IMG/VR virus record: IMGVR_UViG_3300037991_000061
Coordinates: 1-26,200 of that record
From: a virus
Lineage: Duplodnaviria > Caudoviricetes
Strand: one strand, 5' to 3'
Length of the DNA stretch: 26,200 bases
The notes under the pieces are model-generated. The model searched no databases. It had not been told where the DNA came from and saw nothing but the letters and a program-made list of their open reading frames with translations. Position numbers and translations under genes: made by a program. This document shows positions 1-10,079 of the stretch, in pieces; position 1 is the stretch's first letter, and every line of letters starts with the position of its first letter.

Positions 1-3
1 TAA

Positions 4-3000
4 CTAAATGTCTCTCATTAAAACATTTGCCCTGCTAATGAGTAATGCTTTTCTTTCATCAATCTTTTCCAAAAGTTCTTTTCTTCTTTTCTCAGACAGA
101 TTTTTATTTTGAAGAATAGCTTTTCTTCTTTTATTTATTTTTCTTAACACGCTATTTATTTTTTTAACTGGCTCTATAAGCCTGATAATATCAGGGTATC
201 TAGATCGAAGTTCGTTGAACGCTTGCACATCTCTGTTATCTCTTGCGTTCTTTATTGATGCTGCAACTGCAAGCACATCATTTCTTTTTTCATAAAAGCT
301 TCCCGATCTATCTTTATCAGTAACAGCAGTAAATGCTTTGTTGATAATAGGTGTTCGTCTTATCATGTCCTTTTGAAATTCACCCATTAAAATTTCTGGA
401 GAACGAGCCACGGTCTCTCCTGTTTGCACAACAAATCTACCTACACCACCAAGCATAAAATCAACAAGATGTTCTATAACATCTGGCTGAATATCTACAC
501 GAACAGTATCCCCAAGGATAGTGCCTGGGATAATGTCGTCTCCACCGCCAATATTATCATTTAAGAATTTAGATATGGCAATTGCGCTAGGACTTGTTGT
601 TGACCAGTACAAACCACTACGAGATTTATACTGTTCATAAGGTGAAAGTTCTTTATATATTGGCCCATTCATAAAGTTCTCATTACTCATAAGCTCTACA
701 ACAGGATCACCTACAGTTGGAGATAGGAACGTCTCTAGATTGTTACCGCCAAAAGGGTTGATTGTTTCTACAACTGTGCCAAGCGTAGATGATGCAGCTT
801 GTGCAGGTGTGTGTGTTCCGTTGTGTCCGTAAGCACCACGAGTAATGTTAGCCATCGATCTGCCAAGATTGTAAAACATATTAATGCCATACGCTAATGG
901 GATAGTAACGAAAGTACCGTCTCCATTTAGGTCAGGCAAAACAATGCTATGTGCTAACTTGTATTCATTCAGATCATCGTAATCAAGGATGCCATCCTCA
1001 TCTTCATCACCAGACATCAGCGCATTGATCCAGTCCATTGTGAATCCCATTGCAACAACAGATCCTACAAGCTGTCTTCCTCTCTTATTGTTTACAAGAG
1101 AGTTTAGCATTGCCATTGAGCCTTGAAGAGATGCGTTGAAGAAAAGATAGAAAGTGTTTAGCCCATATTTTAACTCACCACCCTTGGCAAAGTTAGTTGT
1201 CAGTTGACGTGCGGCTATCGCCGCTTCTTTCAAAGCTCTTTCTTTCGGAACTCCTTGTCCCTCTAATTCAAGAACCATCTTATCGAAGAAGGCTAATCTT
1301 ACTGAGTTTTCAGCAGCGGTGTTCATAGCCTCAACGTAATTAATAATAGATCCAGTTCCCTTTTTCGTACCGACCCACAATTGTTTTGTTAAGTTTCTGT
1401 TGCCTTTTGCATCAGCCTCTACAATTTTATTTATTGTTTTCTTAATATCTTTAGCATTATCTATGTCGCTTGCCATTTGGTTGAGCACGTTAGCCCCACC
1501 ATTTTCCTTGAACTCTTTATATCTATTCGCCCAATAGGGGTCTGCACCCTCTTTATTATTAACAACCTTCATTATAGCTTTGCCTGCTGGAGCAACTTTT
1601 TTTAGAACCGACATTCCAATATTTTTAACACCGTATTGTTGGGCATTAAATGCAGCGGTTTCTATATCTCTTGGTAAGTTTGATAGGATGAAAGCAGGGT
1701 TCCAACTTGTAAGAAGGTTTGCGTAAAGTCTTGTAAGAGAATGAAGACCACCCAAAAAAGCGTTTGCTTGACTGGTTGATGTTCCTTTAAGAGCATTGGC
1801 AAGTCTTGTATCATCGAAGCCAATTAAAACTTCTTCACCCCCAACCCTAACAGCAAGAATTGGATCATTTGGATCGTTGAAGTTTCTGTCTGGCATATGT
1901 GTAATCGTTCCATTACGCATGATCCTACGTAAAGGATGTCTCTCACGAACATAAGCAGGTATGCCAGTGGTATCTATATCATCACTTTCAAGCAGTCTTA
2001 GGAAAGCCTGACCAACTTTATTTTTTTCTGCCTTGTCAATCGCTGCTAATCGTTGAACGCCGACATTGTTTATTATGTCACCTGCGTATGATGATCTCCC
2101 CAAAGGAGTTCTGTTTGGTCTTCCCCCGCCAAACTTTCTACCACTAGCCCCACCTGCGCCATAGTTTGCAATGTCGAGAGACTCTTCTGGATCTGCGAAC
2201 CCACGAAGCGGCACATAAAATTCATATTGTTTAAACGCATCTCTTGTTGCATCATCTATGTCAGCATCATCTTTATAGTCTGGTATTAAACCACCCTCTA
2301 TATAAACATCGTTGGTTTTACTGATTATATTTCTTGTGGCGTTAAGAGTTCTATTCATAACAGCTTGTTGAATTGGGTTCATCCCGTTAACGAAAGCTAT
2401 TATGTTATTGGCTTCTTCATTAGACATGCCCGAACCATTTTCAATCTTACCCCTTGATTGTCTCAAAATACGAGCGTTTCTTTCTAGTGCGTGTTTGGCA
2501 TACAGATAAGAGTTAGCAAGAGCGTATGCAGGACTTCCGTTCTTTTCTTTCATCTGTTTGTAATATCCAGAGATACGACTCATGGTTGCATCATCAACCG
2601 ATGACATATCCATTCTCGCAACTTCTTCAATTACTGGATTAAATTCTTGATTGCTAAACTGATCTTTCTTTTCTCCGACAATTCCATGCATCCCAAGTTC
2701 TTGGAAGTACGCATCCATGTCTCTTGCAATATCAGCTCCACCTTTCCTAAGCTTATCATATACAGCACCAACTGGAGCAAACTGATCTTGTAATTTTCTA
2801 AATACATAATTGACTGAATCTTTTACTGACTCTTCATTTACGTTGAAAGGTTTGCCAAAAAAGTTAAATACACTTGCTACTTTATCTTGCATCCCAGTGT
2901 ATCGAAGATCTCTCATTCTACGTTCAAGATCTTCTGGGCCAACACCAACTGTATTTCTTGGCTGTGCCGTTGTAGATAGAAGTCTGCTATACAACCTTCT

Positions 3001-6000
3001 GTTCTCTGAACGAACAGAGTTGATTGCTCGTATACCTCTGTGAAGAGGCTTTGCTCTGTCTTTCTTTTCCAAGAGAGGATAAAAAGTTTTAACGTAATAA
3101 GCACTTCTTAGCGGAGCGTTACTTAGTTGATCGTCTCTTCCGTCTTGCAATACTAATTTTAATGGAGGAGAGGATGACTCTAAATTATTTCTCCACTCCA
3201 ATACAAGGTTATCTCCACTACGATAGGAGATAACATCCGTATCATCTTGATATCCTTGCTTCTCCCATCTTTTTAAAAGATCAAAGATAGCCTTTTCAAC
3301 TCTTTTATATTTTGAATTTTCAACAAGCTCTCTATCATGACCTCGTTGTTGAATGTGATATAAACCTTGCCCAACCTCAGCGCCACTTTCATAAACCTCA
3401 TGATTACCTTTTGGCAAAATAACTTTTCGAGGTCTGCCGTTTTCAAGTATAATTCCATACACCGCGTTTAGTGGGCCACCAACTGGAGCGGCAACTGGAT
3501 ACATCTGTTCTGCACTTGGTATTCTGCGTGAGTATAATTGAGGTGAGCGACTTATTGGAACAGTTAAGGGTTCTGATTCTAACTGTGCAAGCTGTTCTTG
3601 AGATAAATTATTTTGAGGAGCCTCGCTCTCATCAGCAAGTTCTAATTCTCTTGGGGCAAAGAAGTCCCCTTGCTTTGGTTCTCCCTGTATTCTATCAGCT
3701 TGTCTATCAACTGTTGCGTCTGTTGCGAGTTGAGATTTGACAGGATTGAGCCTTCCTCGCTCTGATTCGGGGAGTGTGGCTTTGATTTTGTCATCTGAAA
3801 CACCTTTCTCTTTTAGTATTGCAATAGCGCCATCAGCGTAATCATTGTCATCGCCACGACCTTTACGGACACCGCCTGCTTCAAAAATTCTTTTCTCTGC
3901 ATACCACATCAACGCCTGAAAGTCTGCGTTGTTCAGGTCAACATTTAATTCTTCCTTCAATATTTGTCTGGCACGATTAGCAGTAGCTCTCATTGCCGCA
4001 CGATCAGTAGCATTCCGTGGGTCTTCCTGGAGACCAAGCTTTATTTTACCTGCTAAATTTTTACCTGCCAAAGATAGTGGTGTTGACTCAGGTCTTGCAC
4101 CACGAGCTATCTCCTTTACTATTTCAGCATCTTTACCCCTTACGGTTCCTTTATCAACGGTAAATTCATACTGGGTTTCAAGCTCCTCAAGCTTGTCATT
4201 AAAAGCCTTGTTATAAAACTCTTTATCCCAAGTCTTCATTATCTCTGGAGCTAAAAGTTCAATATCACTTTTTTCTAAATTGTTTATTTGAAGTCTATCT
4301 AATGTTCTTTCTAATAGCTTCTTATCTATACTGCTTAAATCATCAGGATTAGATACGAGATTCCACAGGCTCTCTCTATTCTTTTCGATAAGTTCTGGAT
4401 TAAAATCAACTATAGGATTGCCAGTAATTCTATTGAAGAACCTCATCCACCAACGATCCATAGTTAAAGGATCAAAGTTCCCGCGCAAGTTCTGATAAAA
4501 ACCATTGCCAATCTTAGGGCCAATCACATAAGCAACGCCTACCTTCTCACTGGCTAATTCTTTTCCGTCTACAGTGAAGGGTAGATCAGCAACCCTCTCA
4601 ACATCGAATATGTCCATCATGATTTTATTTAAATCACCACGAGCCATCTGGGTTGTAAGAAGATCTGCTATTTGATTTGAGTCGTAACCCCTGTCAGAAA
4701 GTGCATTCCAAAACTCAAAGGCTTTAAGCATGGACTGACCTTGCGCTCCAGAACCAGTAACTGGAAACTTTTTAATGTCGCCTGCGTTTGATTGTTGAGG
4801 TGTAATCGAATCGGAAGATCTCCAAGCTTCATACTGACGTGCCGCCATAAGATAGTTATCGATCACTGACAATCCATTGGATGTGACGGCAGTGGCATAA
4901 TCAAATGCATGTTCTGATGCAGGATCGTGTGCAGGATTTGGAGTTCCGTCTGGTCTCGTTGGAGAAACTTCTGGATAAATAGGGAACAATATTTTTTTTG
5001 CAAGCTTTAACTTTGAGTCATACCAACCTATAGCATCATTACTAGATAGCAACGCAGCCTCAGCTTCAGCCGCCATGATACGAGCAACAATCTCTCTGTC
5101 TTCTGGGGAATCAGAAACGTCATATTTTCTAGTTCCTCGAAGCCCAAGCAATCTTCTAGCAAAGCTAACAAGAGTTTCAGATCCAGGGGGGCTGCTGAAT
5201 ATAGGCTTTCCTGTTTTTGGATCTAGATAATCAAGTATACTTGCGGCTCTTTCATCTGGAGACAAAGGTATTATTCTTGAATAAAGAACCTTTGATTTTT
5301 TAATGCTAGGATTATTAGGTTGTTTGAATCGTTTATTTCTTTCAGCTACCTGCCCTGATCTAAGCTCACCAAATATACTTTCAACTGAACTAAATCCTTG
5401 ATCATTTAGTGTGCCAGTAATCCCCCTAAAAAATCTTTTAATCTTCTCCATTAATGATCTAGGTTTACCTGCAAGACTTAATCTCCCTGCAACGTAATCT
5501 CTAAACATTTCAGCCACAGCTTCTTCTTTTTGCTGATCTGCATTTAGTTCTGGATTTAATTTCTTTGATCTATCAAGATAAGAATAGTTGCGTTTTGCAA
5601 GACCATCTACTGTTTGCTTAACATACTTTAGTTTAGAAGCTGCACTGGCTAATGTTTTATACTCTGACTTTGTTAATACATTTAAATCTCTTGCGGCATG
5701 AATAAGCTCATGATTCATCACCTCTTTTAATTTATCAAAGTATTGTTGCTCAGATAGGTTTGGATCATACACACCCATAGATAAAGATATTGCACGAGTC
5801 TGAGGATTGTAAGCACCCTCCGCTACAGCTACGCCTTGATCATCTTGAATTAAATCTTGAGTTCTTTCTAACTTAACATTTTTAAAACCCAGTTTATCTA
5901 ACCGCTTTCTTAATGCAGAGAACACCCTGTCTTGCACTGCACTGAACTCAGGAGTTACAGATGGCTGCGCGTCTCTTTGATCTTGTTGTGCCTGATCGTC

Positions 6001-8028
6001 AACTGCGCGAGCGCGAGCTGCTGCCTTTTTGTTTTCTATATCTCGCTGTCTTTGTTGCTCACGAAACTGCTCACCTTTTGCTTCCTGTATAATTTTTGCA
6101 GGAGTTTTTAAATTAGCTTGTGCATCTCCAAGTCTACCAGAAACTTCTGCTTGAGCATTCTGAAGCTTATCCATTCTATCAAGTTCAATTGAACTTAATT
6201 GTCTCTTAGTTGCAGTTTGATTTAATTTTTTAATCTGCTTTATAATACCTGATAGCTGTGACTTAAGACCTTTTATGGATTGTTGTTGAGCTTCATAACG
6301 AGGTTGAAGAGCAGCCTCAGTAGCTTCTGGAATAGGCACAGCCTTCATGTTGTTTGGCAAACCAACAGATTCTATCGTAGGAACAAATGTATCTTCACCA
6401 ATAGATCTTAGCTTTTCTTGATTAAAATCTATTATCTTTTTGTTTTCTTCTATAACCCTTTCTGTTTCTGCAAGATCACGATTTAGCTGATCCTCTGTTC
6501 CTCTTTTGCCATTTAAGTCTCGACCATACTCAGCTACAGAATCAAGGTTTTGTTTTAGATTGTCAGCTTTTCTTTCGTTTGCTTTTATTTTTCTAGTAGC
6601 ACCAATAATTTTCTTTCGATAAGAAAGATATGGGCCTTGAGTTTCTGAATCAGTTCTTTCTCTTGGTAAAAACTTTGGGCCTTTACCAGTGTTCTCTACT
6701 ATTACACCACGAGCTTGAAGCTCAGGAACAATATTATTAACAAGATCTCTTGCCTGAGATACTTTTAGTTCTGGATTCTTTTCCTTTAATCTTTTGTGAG
6801 CAGTGGTAATATTTATATTTCTACCTGCCTCGACATCTGACTTTACTATTTCTGCTACACTTTCGTACTCTTGTTTTGTAAAAGGTTTGTTCTCAAATTC
6901 ATCAGGCGCAGTTGGAAATGTTTCTGGAGAAGGTAATTGTAAAGGCTCTTCATCCTTTGATATCTCTAAGGTTCCCTGTTCCTTCCCTTCTTCTAGTTCT
7001 CTATCTGCTGCACGTTCTCTTTGCTTCTCAACAAATGAACGAGAAGCAGCTCCCTCTCTGTAAAGTTCATCTATGTCATCATCTAACTGAGTATCTCTTC
7101 CTGCAAGAACGGACGCACCACCTGCAAATGGGCCACCAACCGATGCGCCTCCCGCAAAAGCTTCGGCATATTCCATAAGTGCTTCTTGAGAATCAATTGG
7201 AAGACCTGCCTGCAAACGGTTAACGACTGATTGAGATACCTCTTGTGCTCCCTCTACACCTGCACCTTTACCACCCTCAACCAAAGCACGTTTAACTTTA
7301 CCTGCATCTATTGGCTTTAGAAGTTTACCTACTAAGAAATAATCTACAACAAATTCAGAAACTAAGTTTGCTGCTGTTGCGCCAAGAGCTTTGCCTAAAC
7401 TTATTTCTTCGCCTGCTTCCTTTTGTTTTTCGATAGCTTCTGCAAAAAGTTCTGGAGCAGCCATTGCGGTTGTATATCCTACACCACCTGCCCTACCTAC
7501 CAAAGCACCCCCAGGGCCAAAAATCGCGCCACCTAAAGTTGCAGCAGTTTGTATCCCTAAGTCTCTAGCCTCTGAACCAATCTGCTCACCTGCAAAACTG
7601 GCGGCAGTGCCAACACCTTCTATATCTCTAAAACCTACTGATGGATCTTCTCTCTCTAAACGAGCAAGTTCTGCTTCTGCCTCCTCTTGCTTTTCCTTTG
7701 CCTCTTCAGCATCGAAACCTAACAACCTACCAAAGGCTGTGTCGGCAAGGGCTTCCTCTGCAACCCCAAAAGATCTTTGTCTTTCAAAAGGTTGTCTTTG
7801 AAATCCTCTTGTTACGGCTAGTTTGTCTTGAGGAACTACAGGTTCAATTGAACTTTCTTCAGCACTAGAGCCACCAGTTCTTCTTTGAATATATTGATCT
7901 AGTTCTAGCTCTTGTTGCTGAACAAACTGATCTATTCTTTGCTGTTCTTGTGGAGTTGGTTGATTACCTGCGATGTTTATCGAATACGATCTATCATATT
8001 TCGGCCCTCGTACCTGAATAACACCCAT
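4..8028 (-). CDS. Large polyvalent protein / major DNA-ejection (internal virion) protein: N-terminal Gly/Ala-rich helices, coiled coil, HExxH metallopeptidase (MPTase-like), HhH-glycosylase-like domain, PBECR-like domain, C-terminal LPD38-like region
   Basis: 2674-aa ORF. ATG at 8028 is preferred over TTG at 8031 because GGAGA (8039-8035) lies 6 nt upstream. Motifs seen: VMNHELIH...EEAVAEMF; GWYD...GPKIGNGFYQNLRG...TMDRWW...FQALMWY; GLYHIQQRGH...YYVKTFYP; YLFFNASLQG...FVTIPLAYG. It is the last and largest gene of the internal-protein series. Confidence 0.8.
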   Translation of the reverse strand: MGVIQVRGPKYDRSYSINIAGNQPTPQEQQRIDQFVQQQELELDQYIQRRTGGSSAEESSIEPVVPQDKLAVTRGFQRQPFERQRSFGVAEEALADTAFGRLLGFDAEEAKEKQEEAEAELARLEREDPSVGFRDIEGVGTAASFAGEQIGSEARDLGIQTAATLGGAIFGPGGALVGRAGGVGYTTAMAAPELFAEAIEKQKEAGEEISLGKALGATAANLVSEFVVDYFLVGKLLKPIDAGKVKRALVEGGKGAGVEGAQEVSQSVVNRLQAGLPIDSQEALMEYAEAFAGGASVGGPFAGGASVLAGRDTQLDDDIDELYREGAASRSFVEKQRERAADRELEEGKEQGTLEISKDEEPLQLPSPETFPTAPDEFENKPFTKQEYESVAEIVKSDVEAGRNINITTAHKRLKEKNPELKVSQARDLVNNIVPELQARGVIVENTGKGPKFLPRERTDSETQGPYLSYRKKIIGATRKIKANERKADNLKQNLDSVAEYGRDLNGKRGTEDQLNRDLAETERVIEENKKIIDFNQEKLRSIGEDTFVPTIESVGLPNNMKAVPIPEATEAALQPRYEAQQQSIKGLKSQLSGIIKQIKKLNQTATKRQLSSIELDRMDKLQNAQAEVSGRLGDAQANLKTPAKIIQEAKGEQFREQQRQRDIENKKAAARARAVDDQAQQDQRDAQPSVTPEFSAVQDRVFSALRKRLDKLGFKNVKLERTQDLIQDDQGVAVAEGAYNPQTRAISLSMGVYDPNLSEQQYFDKLKEVMNHELIHAARDLNVLTKSEYKTLASAASKLKYVKQTVDGLAKRNYSYLDRSKKLNPELNADQQKEEAVAEMFRDYVAGRLSLAGKPRSLMEKIKRFFRGITGTLNDQGFSSVESIFGELRSGQVAERNKRFKQPNNPSIKKSKVLYSRIIPLSPDERAASILDYLDPKTGKPIFSSPPGSETLVSFARRLLGLRGTRKYDVSDSPEDREIVARIMAAEAEAALLSSNDAIGWYDSKLKLAKKILFPIYPEVSPTRPDGTPNPAHDPASEHAFDYATAVTSNGLSVIDNYLMAARQYEAWRSSDSITPQQSNAGDIKKFPVTGSGAQGQSMLKAFEFWNALSDRGYDSNQIADLLTTQMARGDLNKIMMDIFDVERVADLPFTVDGKELASEKVGVAYVIGPKIGNGFYQNLRGNFDPLTMDRWWMRFFNRITGNPIVDFNPELIEKNRESLWNLVSNPDDLSSIDKKLLERTLDRLQINNLEKSDIELLAPEIMKTWDKEFYNKAFNDKLEELETQYEFTVDKGTVRGKDAEIVKEIARGARPESTPLSLAGKNLAGKIKLGLQEDPRNATDRAAMRATANRARQILKEELNVDLNNADFQALMWYAEKRIFEAGGVRKGRGDDNDYADGAIAILKEKGVSDDKIKATLPESERGRLNPVKSQLATDATVDRQADRIQGEPKQGDFFAPRELELADESEAPQNNLSQEQLAQLESEPLTVPISRSPQLYSRRIPSAEQMYPVAAPVGGPLNAVYGIILENGRPRKVILPKGNHEVYESGAEVGQGLYHIQQRGHDRELVENSKYKRVEKAIFDLLKRWEKQGYQDDTDVISYRSGDNLVLEWRNNLESSSPPLKLVLQDGRDDQLSNAPLRSAYYVKTFYPLLEKKDRAKPLHRGIRAINSVRSENRRLYSRLLSTTAQPRNTVGVGPEDLERRMRDLRYTGMQDKVASVFNFFGKPFNVNEESVKDSVNYVFRKLQDQFAPVGAVYDKLRKGGADIARDMDAYFQELGMHGIVGEKKDQFSNQEFNPVIEEVARMDMSSVDDATMSRISGYYKQMKEKNGSPAYALANSYLYAKHALERNARILRQSRGKIENGSGMSNEEANNIIAFVNGMNPIQQAVMNRTLNATRNIISKTNDVYIEGGLIPDYKDDADIDDATRDAFKQYEFYVPLRGFADPEESLDIANYGAGGASGRKFGGGRPNRTPLGRSSYAGDIINNVGVQRLAAIDKAEKNKVGQAFLRLLESDDIDTTGIPAYVRERHPLRRIMRNGTITHMPDRNFNDPNDPILAVRVGGEEVLIGFDDTRLANALKGTSTSQANAFLGGLHSLTRLYANLLTSWNPAFILSNLPRDIETAAFNAQQYGVKNIGMSVLKKVAPAGKAIMKVVNNKEGADPYWANRYKEFKENGGANVLNQMASDIDNAKDIKKTINKIVEADAKGNRNLTKQLWVGTKKGTGSIINYVEAMNTAAENSVRLAFFDKMVLELEGQGVPKERALKEAAIAARQLTTNFAKGGELKYGLNTFYLFFNASLQGSMAMLNSLVNNKRGRQLVGSVVAMGFTMDWINALMSGDEDEDGILDYDDLNEYKLAHSIVLPDLNGDGTFVTIPLAYGINMFYNLGRSMANITRGAYGHNGTHTPAQAASSTLGTVVETINPFGGNNLETFLSPTVGDPVVELMSNENFMNGPIYKELSPYEQYKSRSGLYWSTTSPSAIAISKFLNDNIGGGDDIIPGTILGDTVRVDIQPDVIEHLVDFMLGGVGRFVVQTGETVARSPEILMGEFQKDMIRRTPIINKAFTAVTDKDRSGSFYEKRNDVLAVAASIKNARDNRDVQAFNELRSRYPDIIRLIEPVKKINSVLRKINKRRKAILQNKNLSEKRRKELLEKIDERKALLISRANVLMRDI
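6181..6196. repeat. Perfect 16-bp palindrome AAGTTCAATTGAACTT (copy of recurring motif)
   Basis: Read directly; core GTTCAATTGAAC at 6183-6194, inside the CDS. Confidence 0.9.
7842..7853. repeat. Palindrome GTTCAATTGAAC (copy of recurring motif)
   Basis: Read directly; about 180 nt inside the 5' end of the polyvalent gene. Confidence 0.9.
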
Positions 8029-8042
8029 CAATATTCTCCAAA

Positions 8043-10079
8043 TTAACTACCAGTTGCGTCAAAGTCTGCACCAGTTCCACGCAATCTAGTGAGCAAAGAA
8101 TCCTCTAATGATTTTTTCTGAATAAGAAGTTGAGGATCAACTTTTGTCATATCTATCTTTTCAATTTCTTCACCAGAAACCTCATCATAGGTAACTGTTG
8201 TAGCTTGAGTTTGTATCTCACCATTAATATAATTAAGACCTGCTTGAAGATCTGATATTGATGCATTCCTTGGGTCTAAACTTGCCATTCGATATTTAGA
8301 TAAAGCCTCTTGAGCTTGTCTTGTTTGCTCAAGCTCATCTCTTTCTAAGGCAAGCTCTTGCAATTCTAAATTTCGATCCGCTCTTGCACTGTCAATATCA
8401 GCTTGAGTTGATAACAATTCAAGCACATCTTTATCATACTGGCTTCTTGCTTCTCTTAACTGGCCTATGCCAACGAGACCTGCTTCACCTATAGCACCTG
8501 CCAGTGTTGGGCTATCAGATGCCATCAATGCTAAACCTGCTTGAGCGAGTGCTAAATACTTGTCTGATTCCGCTGCCTTTTCACGATCCGCAAGCATCTT
8601 GGCAATGCGACTTTCAAGTGCTCCATAAGAATCTGTACCTGTTGGCATCATTGGTGCTGCGGTTTCTTCACCACCTGTGGCTCCCATCATTGGAGGCATA
8701 ACTGAACTAGGATCTATGGGCATTTCTGGTATAGATCTGCTTTGATCGAGTACGTTTTCTAGCAGTGGCATAGGGGGTTTTACGCCAGACGCAGATACAG
8801 GCAATTCTGGATAAAACGAATCTGAAATGTCTGAAGTTCTTTCAGTTCTTGTTCTATTCCTACCTTTTTCGGTGTTTAAATCCACTAAAGGATTGCTAAA
8901 TAAGCGAGAAAGTATGCCCTGCTCTTCTACTGGATCTGCGTAGTTTGCATCTAAAGCACCGCTCGCAGCTAACATTTGTTCTTCAGTTGTAGGCTCGTCA
9001 GTAGCTGCTCCTTTAAAAGCTGTGCCGCCATAGTATTGTAAAGCACTTGATAATGGCCCATCAATATTAGGATTGTTTTGTTGTCCCTCAACAGCTCTAA
9101 GCTGCGCCGCTAATTCTGTAGAAATATTTGGAGATGTAGGCTGATTGTTAATAGCATCTGCTAGGTTTGTGCCTAGACTTCCTATGCCTAAAGCAGCAGA
9201 AATATCAAGGTTGGTTTCAGGATCTATCTGCGAAACATCAGGCAAAGGCTGATCGCCCCTGTTGGCATCAAGAACTTCTTGCTGCACAAGTCTTGCTTCT
9301 TCCGCATCAAGTATATCGTTCTCATCTGTTGCGTCAAAATCAGGAGCGGCAACGGGTAGCCCACCAGTAGCGTCTTGTTGAGCAAAAGGACGATCAAAGT
9401 CAAACTGCTGTGCACCTGCCAGTATACCACCTATATCTAAATCAGTTGATGGATCTTGCGATGCATCAGGAACAGTAGGCATAAAGTCTCCAATGTCTGC
9501 ACTAACATCACTTATAAATGGACTTCTATCTTTGAAGGCATACGGTAGACCTTGTTGAAAAGGCGAAACGTCTGTCGTAGCTACATCTGGCGACATCATT
9601 TTAGGCGTACCGTCTACATTGTGAGTCATGCCGTATGTTAAATTCCAAGTTCTTTTTTCAGTTGCTGTGCCGTTTTCGGGGAAAGGTTCTACCTGCCTGT
9701 ATAGATCCTCTTTTGTTCTGCCGCCACGAAACAAACTCAATACCCCACCGTCAGCCATCATCTGTGGCATACGAGTAGGCTCTCTCTGCACCGCCATGTC
9801 TGCACCTGTATTTTGTGCAATTGAACTATTTGGAGCCATGTTTCTTGCGATTGCAGTCAAGCCCTCTTGTGGTGCGCCTGCTGCGGTCATCACTTCTTCT
9901 GCAACCGTAGGCATATTAGCTGCCTGTTGACGCTTGTAATCATCACGCATACGTCTGCGTCTAGTAAGCTCACTGAGAACCAAGAACTGAGGCATGTTAC
10001 CTGATGGAGATTGCATCTCTCTCATAAGCACATTGTCAGAAACGTCTTTGAGGTTATCTTGAAGCTCTATTATATTCAT
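8043..10079 (-). CDS. Putative internal virion / ejection protein (acidic, Pro/Met-rich middle, C-terminal helical/coiled coil)
   Basis: 678-aa ORF with ATGA overlap with the upstream gene. Lies between the pilot-like protein and the large polyvalent protein (the P22 gp20 / T7 gp15 position). Has a LALAQAGLALMA hydrophobic helix and an MADGG motif. Confidence 0.6.
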   Translation of the reverse strand: MNIIELQDNLKDVSDNVLMREMQSPSGNMPQFLVLSELTRRRRMRDDYKRQQAANMPTVAEEVMTAAGAPQEGLTAIARNMAPNSSIAQNTGADMAVQREPTRMPQMMADGGVLSLFRGGRTKEDLYRQVEPFPENGTATEKRTWNLTYGMTHNVDGTPKMMSPDVATTDVSPFQQGLPYAFKDRSPFISDVSADIGDFMPTVPDASQDPSTDLDIGGILAGAQQFDFDRPFAQQDATGGLPVAAPDFDATDENDILDAEEARLVQQEVLDANRGDQPLPDVSQIDPETNLDISAALGIGSLGTNLADAINNQPTSPNISTELAAQLRAVEGQQNNPNIDGPLSSALQYYGGTAFKGAATDEPTTEEQMLAASGALDANYADPVEEQGILSRLFSNPLVDLNTEKGRNRTRTERTSDISDSFYPELPVSASGVKPPMPLLENVLDQSRSIPEMPIDPSSVMPPMMGATGGEETAAPMMPTGTDSYGALESRIAKMLADREKAAESDKYLALAQAGLALMASDSPTLAGAIGEAGLVGIGQLREARSQYDKDVLELLSTQADIDSARADRNLELQELALERDELEQTRQAQEALSKYRMASLDPRNASISDLQAGLNYINGEIQTQATTVTYDEVSGEEIEKIDMTKVDPQLLIQKKSLEDSLLTRLRGTGADFDATGS
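9815..9826. repeat. One-mismatch copy of recurring palindrome (GTGCAATTGAAC)
   Basis: Read directly; about 260 nt inside the 5' end of the 678-aa gene. Confidence 0.6.

Noticed and set aside
210-3011. GTTC-N3-GAAC variants at about 210 and 3001, and the nearby inverted repeat CCTGATA-A-TATCAGG at 181-195
   Set aside because: Wrong spacing or a single occurrence inside coding sequence; compatible with chance.
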